DNA from: Callorhinchus milii
Taxonomy: Eukaryota
Assembly: GCF_018977255.1 (NCBI RefSeq)
Contig: NW_024704743.1
Coordinates: 7,070,001-7,134,000, forward strand
Length of the DNA: 64,000 nucleotides
Reading direction: 5' to 3'
The notes below the pieces were generated by a model, which was not told where the DNA came from, did no database searches, and saw only the letters and a list, made by a program, of their open reading frames with translations. This document shows, piece by piece, positions 1-12,371 of the stretch (its first letter is position 1; every line of letters starts with the position of its first letter). The translations under genes were made by a program, and so were the position numbers.

Positions 1-344
1 ATCTCTCTGACGTCCTCACTCCCCAATCCACCACCCAGCGCCTCCGCTCGAATGGCACCGGCCTCATGCTTGTCCCTCGCACCCTCCGCTCCACCATTGG
101 AAGTCGCGCATTCAGCCACTATGCCCCCAAACTATAGAACACTCTCCCTCAATCCCTCAACTTGCCCCCTCTCTCCCTTTCTTCAAGTCCCGCCTGATAA
201 CCTTCCTTTTCGACCGTGCTTATAATCAGCTCCCCCCACTCCCCCACCCCTACTGCTCGGAGTCAGGCTCTGGCTCTGTTAAGCGTACGGAGACTCTACC
301 TTGCGTGGAGGGGGCTATACAAGTGCAAGTTGTTGTTGTTGTTG
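1..344 (+). mobile_element. L2 LINE 3' end (type-I tail), cut by the window edge
   Basis: Degenerate ORF2 C-terminus (LSDVLTP..LRS..LVPRTLRSTIGSRAFSHYAPKL), then the GGAGGGGGCTATACAAGTGCAAG(TTG)n tail. Confidence 0.9.
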
Positions 345-454
345 CTGCCTGGCTGAGAACAGCTAACTTGAGATGACCAGGTTGTTGCAACAGGTGGTGC
401 TTTCACCCACTCCTTCATTGGAGATAGCTCTCAAACATACCTTTACACAGTCAA

Positions 455-600
455 AGAGGTTGACCCTGCTTCCGGTCATCTTTCCCCTCCCCATTCCCCT
501 CGGCTCCCACTCCTAGCTCGGGTGCCCATCCAGTGCTGTGAATGCACTTTGGGATGTCCTCCTGACATGAAAAGCAATACATAAATGTAAATTATATTAT
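455..600 (+). mobile_element. Degenerate L2 3' tail fragment
   Basis: GCACTTTGGGATGTCCTCCTGACATGAAAAGC..TAAATGTAA tail motif after a C-rich 3' UTR. Confidence 0.6.
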
Positions 601-1461
601 AGCATCGTAACGCGATCCAGGGTCAGGTATAACTGAACACGCACAGAGGACAGAGTTCCAGATGGAAATTTATTTGTATTGTAAGAGGGTTCCAGTAACG
701 TCAATGCCTCTGGCATACAGAAACTCTTCCAGCATCTAAAGCCCCCATACAGACACTTGGGGGTACACTCTCACACATGCCTCTAAGTCACTGTGTTTCT
801 GCCCACCTCAGGCTCACAGTTCTCACTCTTTTCATTTACGAGAGCGAGAGCTGTTACTGAATAGAGGAAAATCTATCTCCATACTACTTTACACAGTGTA
901 GTAATGTCTTATACGAGAATCCTGGCCTGAGGGGTCATAGGTTTAAGTCTCAGCATCTACTGCCATCTGCAATCACCCATTTAGCCTGTTCTCATTTGGG
1001 CTGCAATCAGACAACCCCTCATATTTGATTTTACATAGCAAGCTCTTTGATCTCAGCCCTTTGATCTTTTACACTCATTTCTTTTGCAAGCTATGGATCC
1101 AATTTTATCCCTTTGGGTGCATTGCTGTGGGCATCAATGTGCCCATCCATCACAATGCCTTGAGCAACAGTTTAACCTGATCTGGACTAATCTAACCCAA
1201 TTTTGCCATACTTGCTTGTCACTGTGATGGAATGCCAGGAATGGATCAGGGAGGATAAGGTCTGGCCCAATAAAGGACAAATGCTGTTTCCTTCAATGGA
1301 TCTGAGATTTGACAAAAATATGAAAATTGCTGTGTGGGGGTGAACACATCACAAGATCAAATGATTAGTTTGGATGAAGAAAACCCTTTGGCACAATTAA
1401 ATTAATCATTCCAGAATGCCCACCCTGTAGTCCGCTCACAAAATAGACAGCCAATTAACTT

Positions 1462-1821
1462 TAATAATATAATTATAATCCTTGCATTTGATATAGCGCC
1501 TTATCACATCTTCAAGATGTCTCAAAGCGCTTCACAGAATATATACTGTATATACTGTAAAGTGTAGTGGCTGTATATTTTGTGGCAAAATATGGCAGCC
1601 AATTGCACAAGGCAGTGTCCCACAAACTGTCATGGATTGAGTGACCAAATTATTTTTTTTAAGCGATTATTACATCTAACAACCAGATTCGTACTTACTG
1701 GTCAGTAAACAGAGGCGCATGGATTAAGGAAATTTGTGTAAGGTTTCTACCCTGCCCAGGAATCGAACCAGGTCCTCTCGCCTGCGAGGCAAGTGCTGTA
1801 ACCACTGAGGAATAGGACTTC
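1462..1821 (-). mobile_element. SINE-A (tRNA-derived, L2-type tail), near full length
   Basis: Reverse-strand A/B-box head, central domains, and GCGCTATATCAAATGCAAGG(ATT)n tail; homologous to many other copies in the window. Confidence 0.9.
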
Positions 1822-1822
1822 A

Positions 1823-1902
1823 TAGTATATTCTGTGAAGCATTTTTAGACATCTCGAAGATGTGATAAGGCGCTGTATCAAATGCAAGGAATATTATTAT
1901 AT
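1823..1902 (+). mobile_element. SINE-A 3' tail fragment
   Basis: TATTCTGTGAAGC..GATAAGGCGCTGTATCAAATGCAAGG. Confidence 0.8.
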
Positions 1903-1949
1903 TCTATATTATATATTACTCTACCGTCCTCCCACCTCATTGCCATGCT

Positions 1950-2262
1950 ACCTTTGCTACCTCCTGCTACCCTATCGCCCAGCTGCTCCCTCCGCTCAGT
2001 GAATACCGGTCTCCTACAAGTCCCTCGCCCAGTCCCACCCCACCATCTGTGAGTGAGCTTTCAGCCCCTGCATTCTGGAACTCCATCCCGGAGTCTTTTG
2101 GCCTCACCTCCTCCTCTAAAGGGCATCTTAAAACCTTTCCTTCTGACAGAAGTTTTGGTTACCTTCCCCGCCCCACCTTTCTCAGCTCCCACAACCGCCA
2201 GTTTGGCTCTGTGAAGCACTTTGAGATGTCCTCCCAATGTGAAAGCTGCTATATCAGGGTAA
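1950..2262 (+). mobile_element. L2 3' end fragment
   Basis: Degenerate LSAP.FWNSIP..LKTF peptide plus L2 tail. Confidence 0.75.
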
Positions 2263-2265
2263 AAT

Positions 2266-2601
2266 TAATAATAATAATAATCCTTGCATTTGATATAACG
2301 CCTAATCACTTATTTGAGACGTCTCAAAGCTCTTCACAGAATATACTGTAAAGTGAATTGACTGTATATTTTGTAGGCGAAACACGGCAGCCAATTGCAC
2401 ACAGCAGCGTCCCACAAACAGTCATGCATTGAGTGACCAATTTTTTAAAGAAATTATTACCCCTGGAAAAGCAATCCACCAATCGACTAACAACTGGGTT
2501 CCTACTTATTGCTAGGTAAACAGAGGCGTGTGGAGTCAGGAAACTTGCCCAACGTTTCACCCTGCTGGGAATCAAACCCAGGTCCTCTCTCTTGTGAGGT
2601 G
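2266..2601 (-). mobile_element. SINE-A, head truncated
   Basis: Homology to other SINE-A copies. Confidence 0.9.
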
Positions 2602-2606
2602 ATTGT

Positions 2607-2901
2607 CTTATCACATCATTGAGACGTCTCAAAGCACTTCACAGAATATACTGTAAAGTGGATTAACTGTGTATTTTGTGGGCGAAACGTGGCAGCCAAT
2701 TGCGCAAAGCAGTGTTTCCCAAAAAAACGTGGATTGAGTGACTATTTTTGTTTAAGGATTTTAACCAGGTTCCTACTTATTGCTAGACAGACAGAGGTGT
2801 GTGGAGTAAGGAAACTTGCCTAAGGTTTTGTCGCACATGGGAATCGAACCCAGGTCCTTGCACTTGCGAGGTGTGCACGCTAACTTCTATGCTACGGGAC
2901 T
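2607..2901 (-). mobile_element. SINE-A, tail truncated; tandem with the previous copy
   Basis: Homology to SINE-A; B box (GGTTCGATTCC on minus) present. Confidence 0.9.
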
Positions 2902-4106
2902 AATTCTTATTTTGCACTGCAGAAATCAAACTTTTCTCAAGTAATTGTGGGGTGCAACACTAATTAATAATTGGTAGTTGCTTGCCTTCTCACTTTCATA
3001 GTGTAGTACACAGTGTAGTGTTGCTTTGATTTAATAAGAAGCAGTAGGAAAATTGGTGCCAATCTCTCTGTGTGTGCTGTTGAGGTGAGACAACAGAACA
3101 GGTCAATCTCACCTTTCACTAAGAGGCTTAACATGCTGACTTTTTTTGTTGTGTGATTATGGGTCTTTAATACATGATTAATGGTGCTGAGAACGAGAGG
3201 ACAAAAAAGGTGTAAGGTCACCTTAGATTAATGGAGTGAACTGTAGCTGAATGGTTTTTAAAAAAAAGGTGTTTATGAGCTCACTGCAAGCGCAGGGCCA
3301 TAAAAGTGAATGAAGACAGATCTGGATCAAACTTTAGTTTAATATCCTGTTTACTGCTTCACTGCTAACACTAGTCCTAAAGTCAGCAGCAAAGCGGCAA
3401 ATGAAACAAAGAGTTTAATCAAAAGGATTAGGCACCGTAAAGACACAGATAAGCACCTCCGACAGCAATGTAGGTACTCACCGTCACAGGCAAACATATT
3501 TTATGAGGCACAGCTGATGTGTTACTGTTGTCCCGTGCAGGCCAGAAAGTCTTATCGCTGCAACTGCTCTCTCCGGTACTTTTCCCAACCAATCTGGGAA
3601 AATTGCTACTGCAACTTCACAAGAAGGCTTTCATGTCTGCTTGGCTCAGTTGGTAACACTCTCACCACTAGTAGGTTGCAAGTTCAAACCCCATGTTGGG
3701 ACGATGGAATGTATCTGGAGAATTGTTTCCAGGATACTGGGAGAAACTCCTTTCCTTTTTTAAATGGTGCAAATGATTCATGCTTCCATCCAATGTACAG
3801 AATTTATTTTTTCTTGCTGCCACTGTTTTGCCTCTATTATCTATATCTTCACTGCACATGCATAAATTCTAGACCTTTAGATTCTAGAAATGTAAGCTAC
3901 AATTTACATTCATGGAACTTTTTGATCTAGCATTCTACACTTTCAACATTGGGTCTCAGCCTAACACAATTTGGTTTCTTTATTCATAAAAGTTAATACA
4001 ATAAACTGGATACAATTTAAAATCTGCACATATGAAACCTCCCCACCTGGGATATTCTGTACAGGGAAAGTCCCAACACAATTGTTAGATACCTGTGAAG
4101 TGTTTT

Positions 4107-4328
4107 GAGAGTTGTTACGGTCTGGAATGCACTATCTCAAAGGGTGGTGGAAACAGATTCAGTAATAACTTTCAAAAGGGAAATGGATAGATGCTCGAAA
4201 AGGAAACATTTGCAGGGGTATGGGGAAAGAGCGGGGGAGTGGGACTGATTGGGTAGTTCTACCAAAGAGATGGCACAAGCACGATGGGCCAAATGGCCTC
4301 CTTCTGTGCTGTAATATTCTATGATTCT
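4107..4328 (+). mobile_element. CR1 LINE 3' end
   Basis: RVV..WNAL..VVE..F peptide remnant and GATGGGCCAAATGGCCTCCTTCTGTGCTGTAATATTCTATGATTCT tail. Confidence 0.9.
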
Positions 4329-4481
4329 TAATCTAACTGTATGTGCTGGTGAGATCTTTTACATCCCTCATCAGGGATGTCATATCTGAAGGTGGATAGC
4401 TCTGATAATGCAGTGCTCCTGGTGCTGTTTCTAGCTATGATCTTTTTAATCATTTGTGGGCATTTACTGTGGGTGAAATGT

Positions 4482-4763
4482 TGGGCAAGTTTCCTTACTC
4501 CACACACCTCTGTTTACCTAGCAGTGAGTAGGAACCCAGTTGTTAGTTGATGGCGAATCGCTTTTCCGGGGATAATAATCCTTCAAAAAAAAGAATAATT
4601 TGGTCACTCATTCCATGACTTGGACACTGCTATGTGCAATTGGCTGCCACGTTTCGCCCGAAAATACACAGTCAATTCACTTTAGAGGATATTCTGTGAA
4701 GCGCTTTGAGACATCTTAGAAGACCTGATAAGGTGCTGTGTCAAATGCAAGGATTATTATTAT
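4482..4763 (+). mobile_element. SINE-A, 5'-truncated
   Basis: GGGCAAGTTTCCTTACTCCACAC through to the (ATT)n tail. Confidence 0.9.
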
Positions 4764-4764
4764 T

Positions 4765-5134
4765 TTGTTGACGAACATGGTAGCCAATTTGCATCCAGCA
4801 ATGTACAGCAAACAGCAATGAAGTGAATGGCCAATTTTATTTGAGGATTTCTCTCTTCAAATTAGTACCATGAGATCCTTAACATTAACCTGAACATGAT
4901 CTCAGGTTAACATATCATCTGAAGGATAGAACCTCTGACAAATGCAGTGTAGCCCTACGTTAGTGTCAACTTCGACTGTAAATTCAAAGTTCCAATGTGG
5001 TGTTTGAATAATGACAACAACAACAAATTACATTTTTATAACGCCTTTCATGTTGAGAGGACATTCCAAGGTGCTTGAACCCATAACTTTCTGACTCAGA
5101 GATGAGAGTGCTACTAACTGAGCCAGGCTGACAC
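4765..5134 (-). mobile_element. Old Deu-type SINE, interrupted by a short L2 tail (~5012-5078)
   Basis: Head TGTCAGCCTGGCTCAGTTAGTAGCACTCTC on minus; Deu-like GATGTTAAAGATCCCATGG remnant. Confidence 0.75.
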
Positions 5135-5136
5135 TG

Positions 5137-5455
5137 ATTTTCTCCTGAAGGCACTGACACACTAAGGTAGAGTTCAACAGGCATTGATTACCCTCGGAAG
5201 TGTCCAATGTTCATGTGTGAGCCTAGGCAGTACCAGCAACCAATTTGACTGAAGGTAGGATTAAAAATTAGATCTATCAGACATCTGCACCTTCCAGCAA
5301 GTCTCACAGGAATAGAAATTCTGGTTGAATTTCCCCCTCCGGCCAGCCCATGGATGCAGAAGTGATTTGTAAATCACTCCCCCCCACACCACTGCCCCCC
5401 CACCCAGCCCCCACCTGAGAACAAGCAACTCAGGACAGAAGCCAGAATCAATTCC
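5137..5455 (-). repeat. Unclassified old SINE-like repeat (family C)
   Basis: Shares the GTCAGTGCCTTCAGGAGA..AAAAT end and GGCTCACAC.TGAA core with 18040-18394, 35223-35890 and 47250-47487. Confidence 0.6.
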
Positions 5456-6359
5456 ACAAATTTTTATTGTAAAAAAGCTTCAGTGCAAAATTAATTGTGG
5501 AGGGTTCTTAAATAAAGCTGCAGCTCAGATTTGTTCATTACCTATAACAAGAGAAAGCTTTAGGCCTCTATTTTACTGTTGGCATCAGATGTTTGGGTCA
5601 CATTTTCGGCTGGCTGAAGGATGCATTAATGACCCGCAGTAATATTTTCTGCCAGAATCATTGAGAGCCAATTAATCTCTTCATTAAGAGGTGGAAGGGC
5701 AGGAAAAACAACCAGTTACAATTTTTTCATTGATAAAATCCAGCTGTAGGTATTTCGTCTGGTTTGAAACTGGGGCTTAATACAGTCAGAGCACTATAAA
5801 AGTGCTCACTCACAGCCTACTTCTCTCAAATCATTTGTGCTTCGGGAGCTGCAAAAGCAGCAAGAATGTGACGATTGATCAGCCCAGGAGCAGGAAGAAG
5901 TACCAATTTACAAGACCCCTGTGACATACCTTCCTGTTACTGAAACCAAAGCTGCTCCCTGTTCAGTAGATTGAACTACGTGAGAAAGCCACGCTGTAAA
6001 TCAACACTTCACTGTCAATTATACTGAGATACTTGTCATCCTGAATTTGACAGCGACTAGTAACTTTTATGCTTCAGGCACTTTAAAGGATATTTTCTGT
6101 TGATTAAGGAAGCAGCAGTTACTGTGGATAGACACAGAAGGGGGAAGAGGGAATATAGGGTTGTGATAATCATCACAGACTGCATATGTTCAAACCCCCT
6201 TCCCCCCACCCCCCTAATTCTAAACAGTAAACACATCAGATTAGGATTGCCTATAGGCCAGTAACAATAGCATAATGACAATGGGAAATGGAATTATAGT
6301 AGTAAGAGAGGGCCTCGAGAAGGGAGAGAGGGAATTGCCCATCGGTGCAGTTGAAGTGG

Positions 6360-6662
6360 TAATAATTGTTGCATTTGCCTTTTCATGTCATCAGGATGTT
6401 TCAAAGCGCTTCACAAGATTTTTTACTGTAAAGTGCAGTCACTGTGTATTTGCAGCTGAATGTAGCAGCCAAGTTGTACACATCAATGTGGGTCACACAA
6501 TGTTGTGTGCACAAACAGTCATGTGGGTGATCAATATTATCTGCGGGGATTCTTGGCCAAGACACCGGGAGAAATTCCCATCTCTTTTTGAATAGTGCCA
6601 TGGGATCTTTAATGTCTACCGTTACAGACCAGTGGGACCTCAGTTTAACGTCTCATCTGAAG
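6360..6662 (-). mobile_element. Deu-type SINE, 3' two-thirds
   Basis: CAGATGAGACGTTAAAC..TAAAGATCCCATGGCACTATT on minus, plus L2-type tail. Confidence 0.8.
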
Positions 6663-6902
6663 TTCAACAACAACAACTTGCACTTACATTGCACCCTTCA
6701 TGTGGGTAGCTTCTCGGAAAACGATTAAGGCAACTCTGACTATGCCTTTTTTGGTGAGGCTTTCTGTGTTTTCAATGCTTTTTAAATAAATCTGTCCACC
6801 AAGGAATAGAAACTTGTGAGGCACTGACCATCTTCCCTATTTGTTATGTGGTAGCGGATAGCAAGATCTGAGCTGGGGGTACCTTCATTGGTACCATACC
6901 AT

Positions 6903-7348
6903 TGTGTGACACCCTGGCTCAGTTGGTAGCACACTTGCCTCTGAACCAAAAAGTTATGGGTTCAAGCTGCATGTTGAGACTTGGAACTCATATAGTCTAA
7001 GGTGGCACTCCAATGCAATGCTGGAGGTGCGCTGCATTGTCGTAGGTGCTGTCCTTCAGATGAGATCTTAAACCGAAGCCTCGTCAGCTTATTCAGGTGG
7101 ATATTAAAAATCCCTTAGCACTATTTGTAAAGAGAAGAAGGTTTATCTCTCCCGATGTCCTGGCCAACAAATCCCCCCAATAAAATTGACTTCTTGGCTG
7201 TTTGTGTGACATTGTTGTGTACATGTTAGCTGTTATGTTCACCCACAAAAACAACACAGTCACTACACTTTACAGAAAAACCTGTAAAGCGCTTTGGGAT
7301 GTCCTCCCGAAGTGAAAGGCACGATACCAAATGTAAAGATTAATATTG
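6903..7348 (+). mobile_element. Deu-type (SacSINE1-like) SINE, full length
   Basis: tRNA-like head (TGGCTCAGTTGG; GGGTTCAAG), Deu-like centre, and CTGTAAAGCGCTTTGGGATGTCC..GTGAAAGGC tail. Confidence 0.85.
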
Positions 7349-8389
7349 CTGCTTTGGGTTTAGGAGGATGTCGGCAATAGGGACACCTTTTCAAACCAAC
7401 TTTTTAAAGTGCGGTGAAGGTTTTTAATGTCGGTTGCTGACAGGATAATGGGCTCTTCAATATCCAAATCAGGTGAGCCAGCTTGTTTGGCACTTATTAC
7501 CAGTTGCCTTGAACGTGTATGTGGATCATTATTCCCTCCTTGTTTCTGCCCGGTTAATACTCTATTGACTAGATTTGTGGTGTCAAGGGTTGCATTGACA
7601 ATCAAAATATAATGGCTTTTCTAGAACCTTCCAAATGTGGAGGCAAAATTCCCTAATGGCTAACGTGTGCCTTGAATAAAATCTGCCAATTATTTCAGCA
7701 TCCAGTTTCCAAGATGTGTCAACACCAGGCACAAAAATGTGTCCGCATTGAGTCAACAGTTGTGAATGACGACCTTATCAACTAGTGTACTAACTTTATT
7801 GACTAAATAGCTAATAAATCACCATCGCCTCATCTTGAAATCCAATCACTGGCCTGCTAGCTGCAGTCCAGTCAAAGTAAAATTATTGCCTGTTAGTCTA
7901 AATAAAAATAGGCTCCCTTTAAAAGCTGTAGCCCAGGTTTTACACATATTCTTTCTACCAGCTGGCAAAGTGAGACAATTCATTGACCATCAGCTCTGGA
8001 AGCCCAGCCAGAAGCCCTTTTTGGGCTGAAATGTTATATCAGCGCCCATTGCTTCTAAGCCCCAAAATTACCATTCATGTTTACCCCTTTCTTCTGGTTG
8101 TTGGTTTGGTAAATGCACTTATTGTTAAGGTTTCATTTGATCCTAAAAAGCAGCAGGATTGTAATTCTTGTAATTCCCGGGGTGGGGAATATAGGAATTT
8201 AGGAATGTACAGGACCAAACAAGTGGTTGATCTGGGCCTGTCCTAAAAGTCAAATAAAGAAGAATATATTGCTCCATCTCTCTTTCCCCACTGTCTAATT
8301 CTCTCCTGGTTACTACCACTATTTGCCTCCCGGGGTAGTCTATTTCAACATGTTGCTGGGGCTAATAGGGGCTTAGCCCTCCTATATCT

Positions 8390-8740
8390 GGAGTCCTGCA
8401 GCTTAGTTGTTAGAGCACTCGCCTTGCAAGTTAGAGGACCTGGGTTAGATTCCCGGGCAAGGCGAAACTTTAGGCAAGTTTCCTTACTCCACATGCCTCT
8501 GTTTACCTAGCAGCAAGTGACCCGCCAATCAAATTAGTAGTAATAATCCCTTCAAAAAAAATCCTAATTTGGTCACTCAATCCACAACTGTTTGAGAGAC
8601 ACTGCTGTATGCAATTGGCTGCCATGTTGCACCCACAAAATACACAGTCAATTGACTTTATAGCATTTTCTGTGAAGCGCTTTGAGACGTCTCAATGATG
8701 TGATAAGGCACTATATCAAATGCAAGGATTATTAATATTA
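8390..8740 (+). mobile_element. SINE-A, full length
   Basis: GGAGTCCTGCAGCTTAGTTGTTAGAGC head through to the (ATT)n tail. Confidence 0.92.
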
Positions 8741-9132
8741 TCTGTCTACCAGCTCACCAAGGTTTCTCCAGTTTGGGCTAATAGGACATTGCAGCTGGAG
8801 TGGAGTAATGGGACGTGAAGTAAAGTGAATGTAGTAGTTAGTGAGTTGAGTGAGCAGGAGTTGGATCCAGTGCTGGAACAAACACACAAACAGACAAAGA
8901 CATACCCGCACTCCACAGTCCAAAGTATGGTCAGGATGTACGAGGAAAACAGCTCAGCTCAGCTGCCCCCACCCCCAAGAATATTCCACACACTCGTCAC
9001 TCTCTGTGTAAAATAATTTACTGTTATTGACTGTTTTGACTGTTGATTGTTCAATTTCCCTCTCTGAGATTGAGTCAGTGTCCCCATGCTTTAGATTTTT
9101 GATACAATTTAAGATTTTGTTTTGCAAGATGT

Positions 9133-9250
9133 AATAATAATAATAATTCTTGCATTTGATATAGCACCCTATCATGTTGTTGAGACGTCTCAAAGCGTTG
9201 TACAGAATATACTGTGAAGTGGATAGACTGTGAATTTTGTATTGTGGGTG
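9133..9250 (-). mobile_element. SINE-A 3' fragment
   Basis: Tail homology. Confidence 0.85.
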
Positions 9251-9354
9251 AAATTATTTGTTTGATTCTCATTCCTCTGTTTCAATGAGTGGAGCCTTCA
9301 CAGACAATGGACAGAGCACAAACTGATGACACCAGACAGGAATACAGACCAATG

Positions 9355-9498
9355 TTATAACGATCCGGGTCCATGACCCTTCGTCAGGTCGTGGACCCAA
9401 AACATTGACTCACTTTTCCATTCTCCATAGATGCTGAGTGTTCCCAGCGATTTCTGTTTTTGTTTCAGATTTCCAGCACCTGCAGTATTTTGCCTTTG
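9355..9498. mobile_element. Penelope-like terminal-repeat fragment in inverted arrangement, with degenerate hammerhead cores
   Basis: Minus: CTGACGA-AGGGTC-ATG-GACCC-GGATCGTT. Plus: GGTCGTGGACCC-AAAACATTGACTC..AGATGCTG..CCCAGC..TTTTTGTTTCAG, homologous to 56733-56833. Confidence 0.65.
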
Positions 9499-9589
9499 CA
9501 GACAAATGTTTTGGTTGTCTGTGAGGGGGTGGGGTGGGGTGGGGGCTGGATTTTGCCCACATCAAGATTCAGGATGTTATTTCTAACAT

Positions 9590-10772
9590 AGAAAGTATCT
9601 TCCAATGGATACATAATTGGCTGACCGATAGAACCCAGAAGGTAGTGGTACAGGGAATGTCATCAGGCTGGGAGAATACAATACAAAATTACATTTCTAT
9701 AGCGCCTTTCACATTGGGAGACTGGGAGAATGTTAACAGTGGAGTTCCATAGTGGTCTGTTTTGGGACCTGTTTCATTTAACATCTTCATAAACAACTTA
9801 GAGCAAGGAGTCACAAGCACAGTGACTACATCTGCAGAAGAAACAAAGCTAATGAAGGCGGTAAACTGCAAAGATGAACAGGATAGGTTACATGAGGACT
9901 TGAACATTCTTGCGAATTGGGCAGATCGATGGCAGATGAAATTTAATGTAGAGAAATACAAAGTGCTTTACATGGGGACAAAAATCAAGGAAGGTTTTAG
10001 TCCCCATGTGAAGCACTTTGTATTTCTTATTTAAATGGTGAGAAAATAATCTGTACAGGAAATGGAAAGGACCTGGGGATCCTGATTGATAATAAATTGA
10101 AGCTATTGCAACAATGCTCGGTAGCAGTGAGTAAGGCAAACCAGATGCTAGGCTGTATTAAACGGGCGATATTGAGCCAAAGTAGTGGGGTAATCTGTTG
10201 CTTTATAAATCACTGGTGCGACCGCACTTGGAATACTGTGTGTGGTTCTGGTCACAGCAATATAGAAAGGATATTGCAACGATTGTGAGGATACAGAGGA
10301 GGGCAACCAAAATGATTGAGGGGATGGAGGGACTAGACTACGAGGAGTGATTAGATAAACTGGGCATGTTCACACTGGGGAAGAGGAGGTTGAGGGGCGA
10401 TATGGTTATGGACTTTAAGATTCTGAAGGGAATAGATAATGTAGACCATGATAAGCTGTTTTTATCTTGTACTGAACAGTAGAACCAGAGGACAAGGCCT
10501 ACGATTGAAGGGGGTAAATTCAGAACAAATCTGCGGAAACAATACTTCAGTGAGTGAGTAATAAATTTATGGAACAGGCTCCCTAGAGAGACAGTGGAAG
10601 CAGAAAATGTTATTTGTCTCAAGAACAATTTAAATAGATTTCTGATAGAAAATAAAATCTCAGGATACAGTATATAGTTTGGGACACAATATGTCAAGCG
10701 ACTGCCAGGATGTTGGAAGGCGAATTAGATGGACCTTGGTCTTCTTTTGCCTAGCAAATTCTTATATTCTTA
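9590..10772 (+). mobile_element. CR1 LINE 3' portion (second CR1 family), degraded RT C-terminus
   Basis: WIHNWL..R.QKVVV, SGVP*.SVLGP..FNIFINNL and WQMKFNVEK peptides; GATGGACCTTGGTCTTC..TTCTTAT tail. Confidence 0.92.
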
Positions 10773-11514
10773 GGAATGTTGAAAAATCCCAAACTGGACA
10801 AGGATCAGATACATATTCTGCTGTGAAACCATTAGGGATTGGATGATCTTTACCAGGGTATGCGTATGTCTACACCATCAACGTCTTTGAACATTTTAAA
10901 GAGATGGATTGAGCCCCTTATTAATAGTATTAATAATAAAAATAATAATCTATAGTCTATAGTCCAGGGATCAAATATTTTGGATCTGTATGCTCAGGTT
11001 CAAAGTGGTCAGTGCACTGGCCATCCTCTAATGGATTCTGATGGCAACTAAATCATCAGAGGAACCTTAGCCTGAATAGTAATGGCAAATTATGGAATCC
11101 TATACCCTATATTTGTTGCTTCCCCTTACAATTGCCTCTTTCTGCAAATAAGCTGTCGTCATGCATTGACTCCCAGCTGCAGGTTTTTCCCTGATTCTGT
11201 CAAAACCGGTTTGTTATTGACTGACTGGAGCTGTCGGAACAGCAGGAAAAGATGAGCTGTCAGTCTCACATTCACAACGCTCAGGGCGAAGGCAATGCTT
11301 CTCCAGGTCACAACATTTTTAAGGCTGGCCGAGAACTGACAAACCACATCACTACCAACAAATCAAGAGTCAGACAGTTCTGGAGGCTGTAAATCGAGTG
11401 ACAAATCCAGTCTGCTTGCAATAGCTGATTGGATTCTTTTGCCTACAAAAAACCACTTTGAGGTATCCTCCTGTTGTGAAAGGCATTATATCAAGTGCAA
11501 GGATTATTATTAAT

Positions 11515-12370
11515 GGTTTGCCAGATTGATTAGCATCTCTCTCAGCTTGAAGGGATTTCAGGAGAGAGTTCCAGCGCACAGGAGCAAATTGGCTGAAGGA
11601 TCACTCTCTGATGGTGGCCAGGGGTGGGAGTGGGGGCGGCATGAAGTAAGCTCAATTTGGTGGAGCAGAAGAGGTAACTGGGGAAATTGAAATTGGTTCA
11701 TAGGAGATTGCAGAGATAGATAGGGCTGTGGAAGCATTTAAGGTGAAGCATGAAGATTTTAAAGTGTATCCCTTGGGGGCAGGGAGCCATTGAAGCCTGA
11801 TGAGGATGGAGGTGATGGGCTTGAGGACCTTGGTGTGACAGGGGATATGAGCTTCAGAGTTCTGGATGGACTGGAGTTTGTGGAAAGTGGAGCTGGGACG
11901 CTGGTAGCAGCACATGGGAAAGATTAACTTTGGAGGTGATAAAGTCTTTGTTGAGGGTTTTGGCTGTGATGGTGGTAGTGGAGGTAGAGGCAGAAATGGG
12001 TGACGTTGCAAAGATGGAGAAAAATTAACTTGGCCATAGGTTCCACACAGGCTCTGTGAGTTGGAGAGAACAACTGGGGAGATTGATACGGTCAGTGCCT
12101 GAGGTGTGGAGGCACTGAGCCAAGCAGGGCAACCTCACTGTTATTGAAAAGTTGAAGAAAGCTATGGCAGATCCAGGACTTGATGTCTGACAAACGATTT
12201 GTCAGCCAGAAGAGCAGTGGTCCTGGAGTTGATGGGAAAGGCAGAGGGATAGAGTTCGGTGTCGCATGATGTCACATCATGTCACAAGTGGGAGTAGGTA
12301 TATGGTGAAAAGGAATAAACTGAGGATAAAGCCACATGTGACCTTGCAGGGGCAGGAGGAAAGCTATTGA
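11515..12370 (-). mobile_element. Old L2 RT C-terminal fragment
   Basis: HKLQSIQNS.A.I...K..PIT..L..LQWLP peptide (ORF 11652-12011). Confidence 0.8.
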
Positions 12371-12371
12371 A

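Noticed and set aside
11159..11442. Minus-strand exon after TTTTTTGTAG
   Set aside because: Stops in all frames and no clear donor
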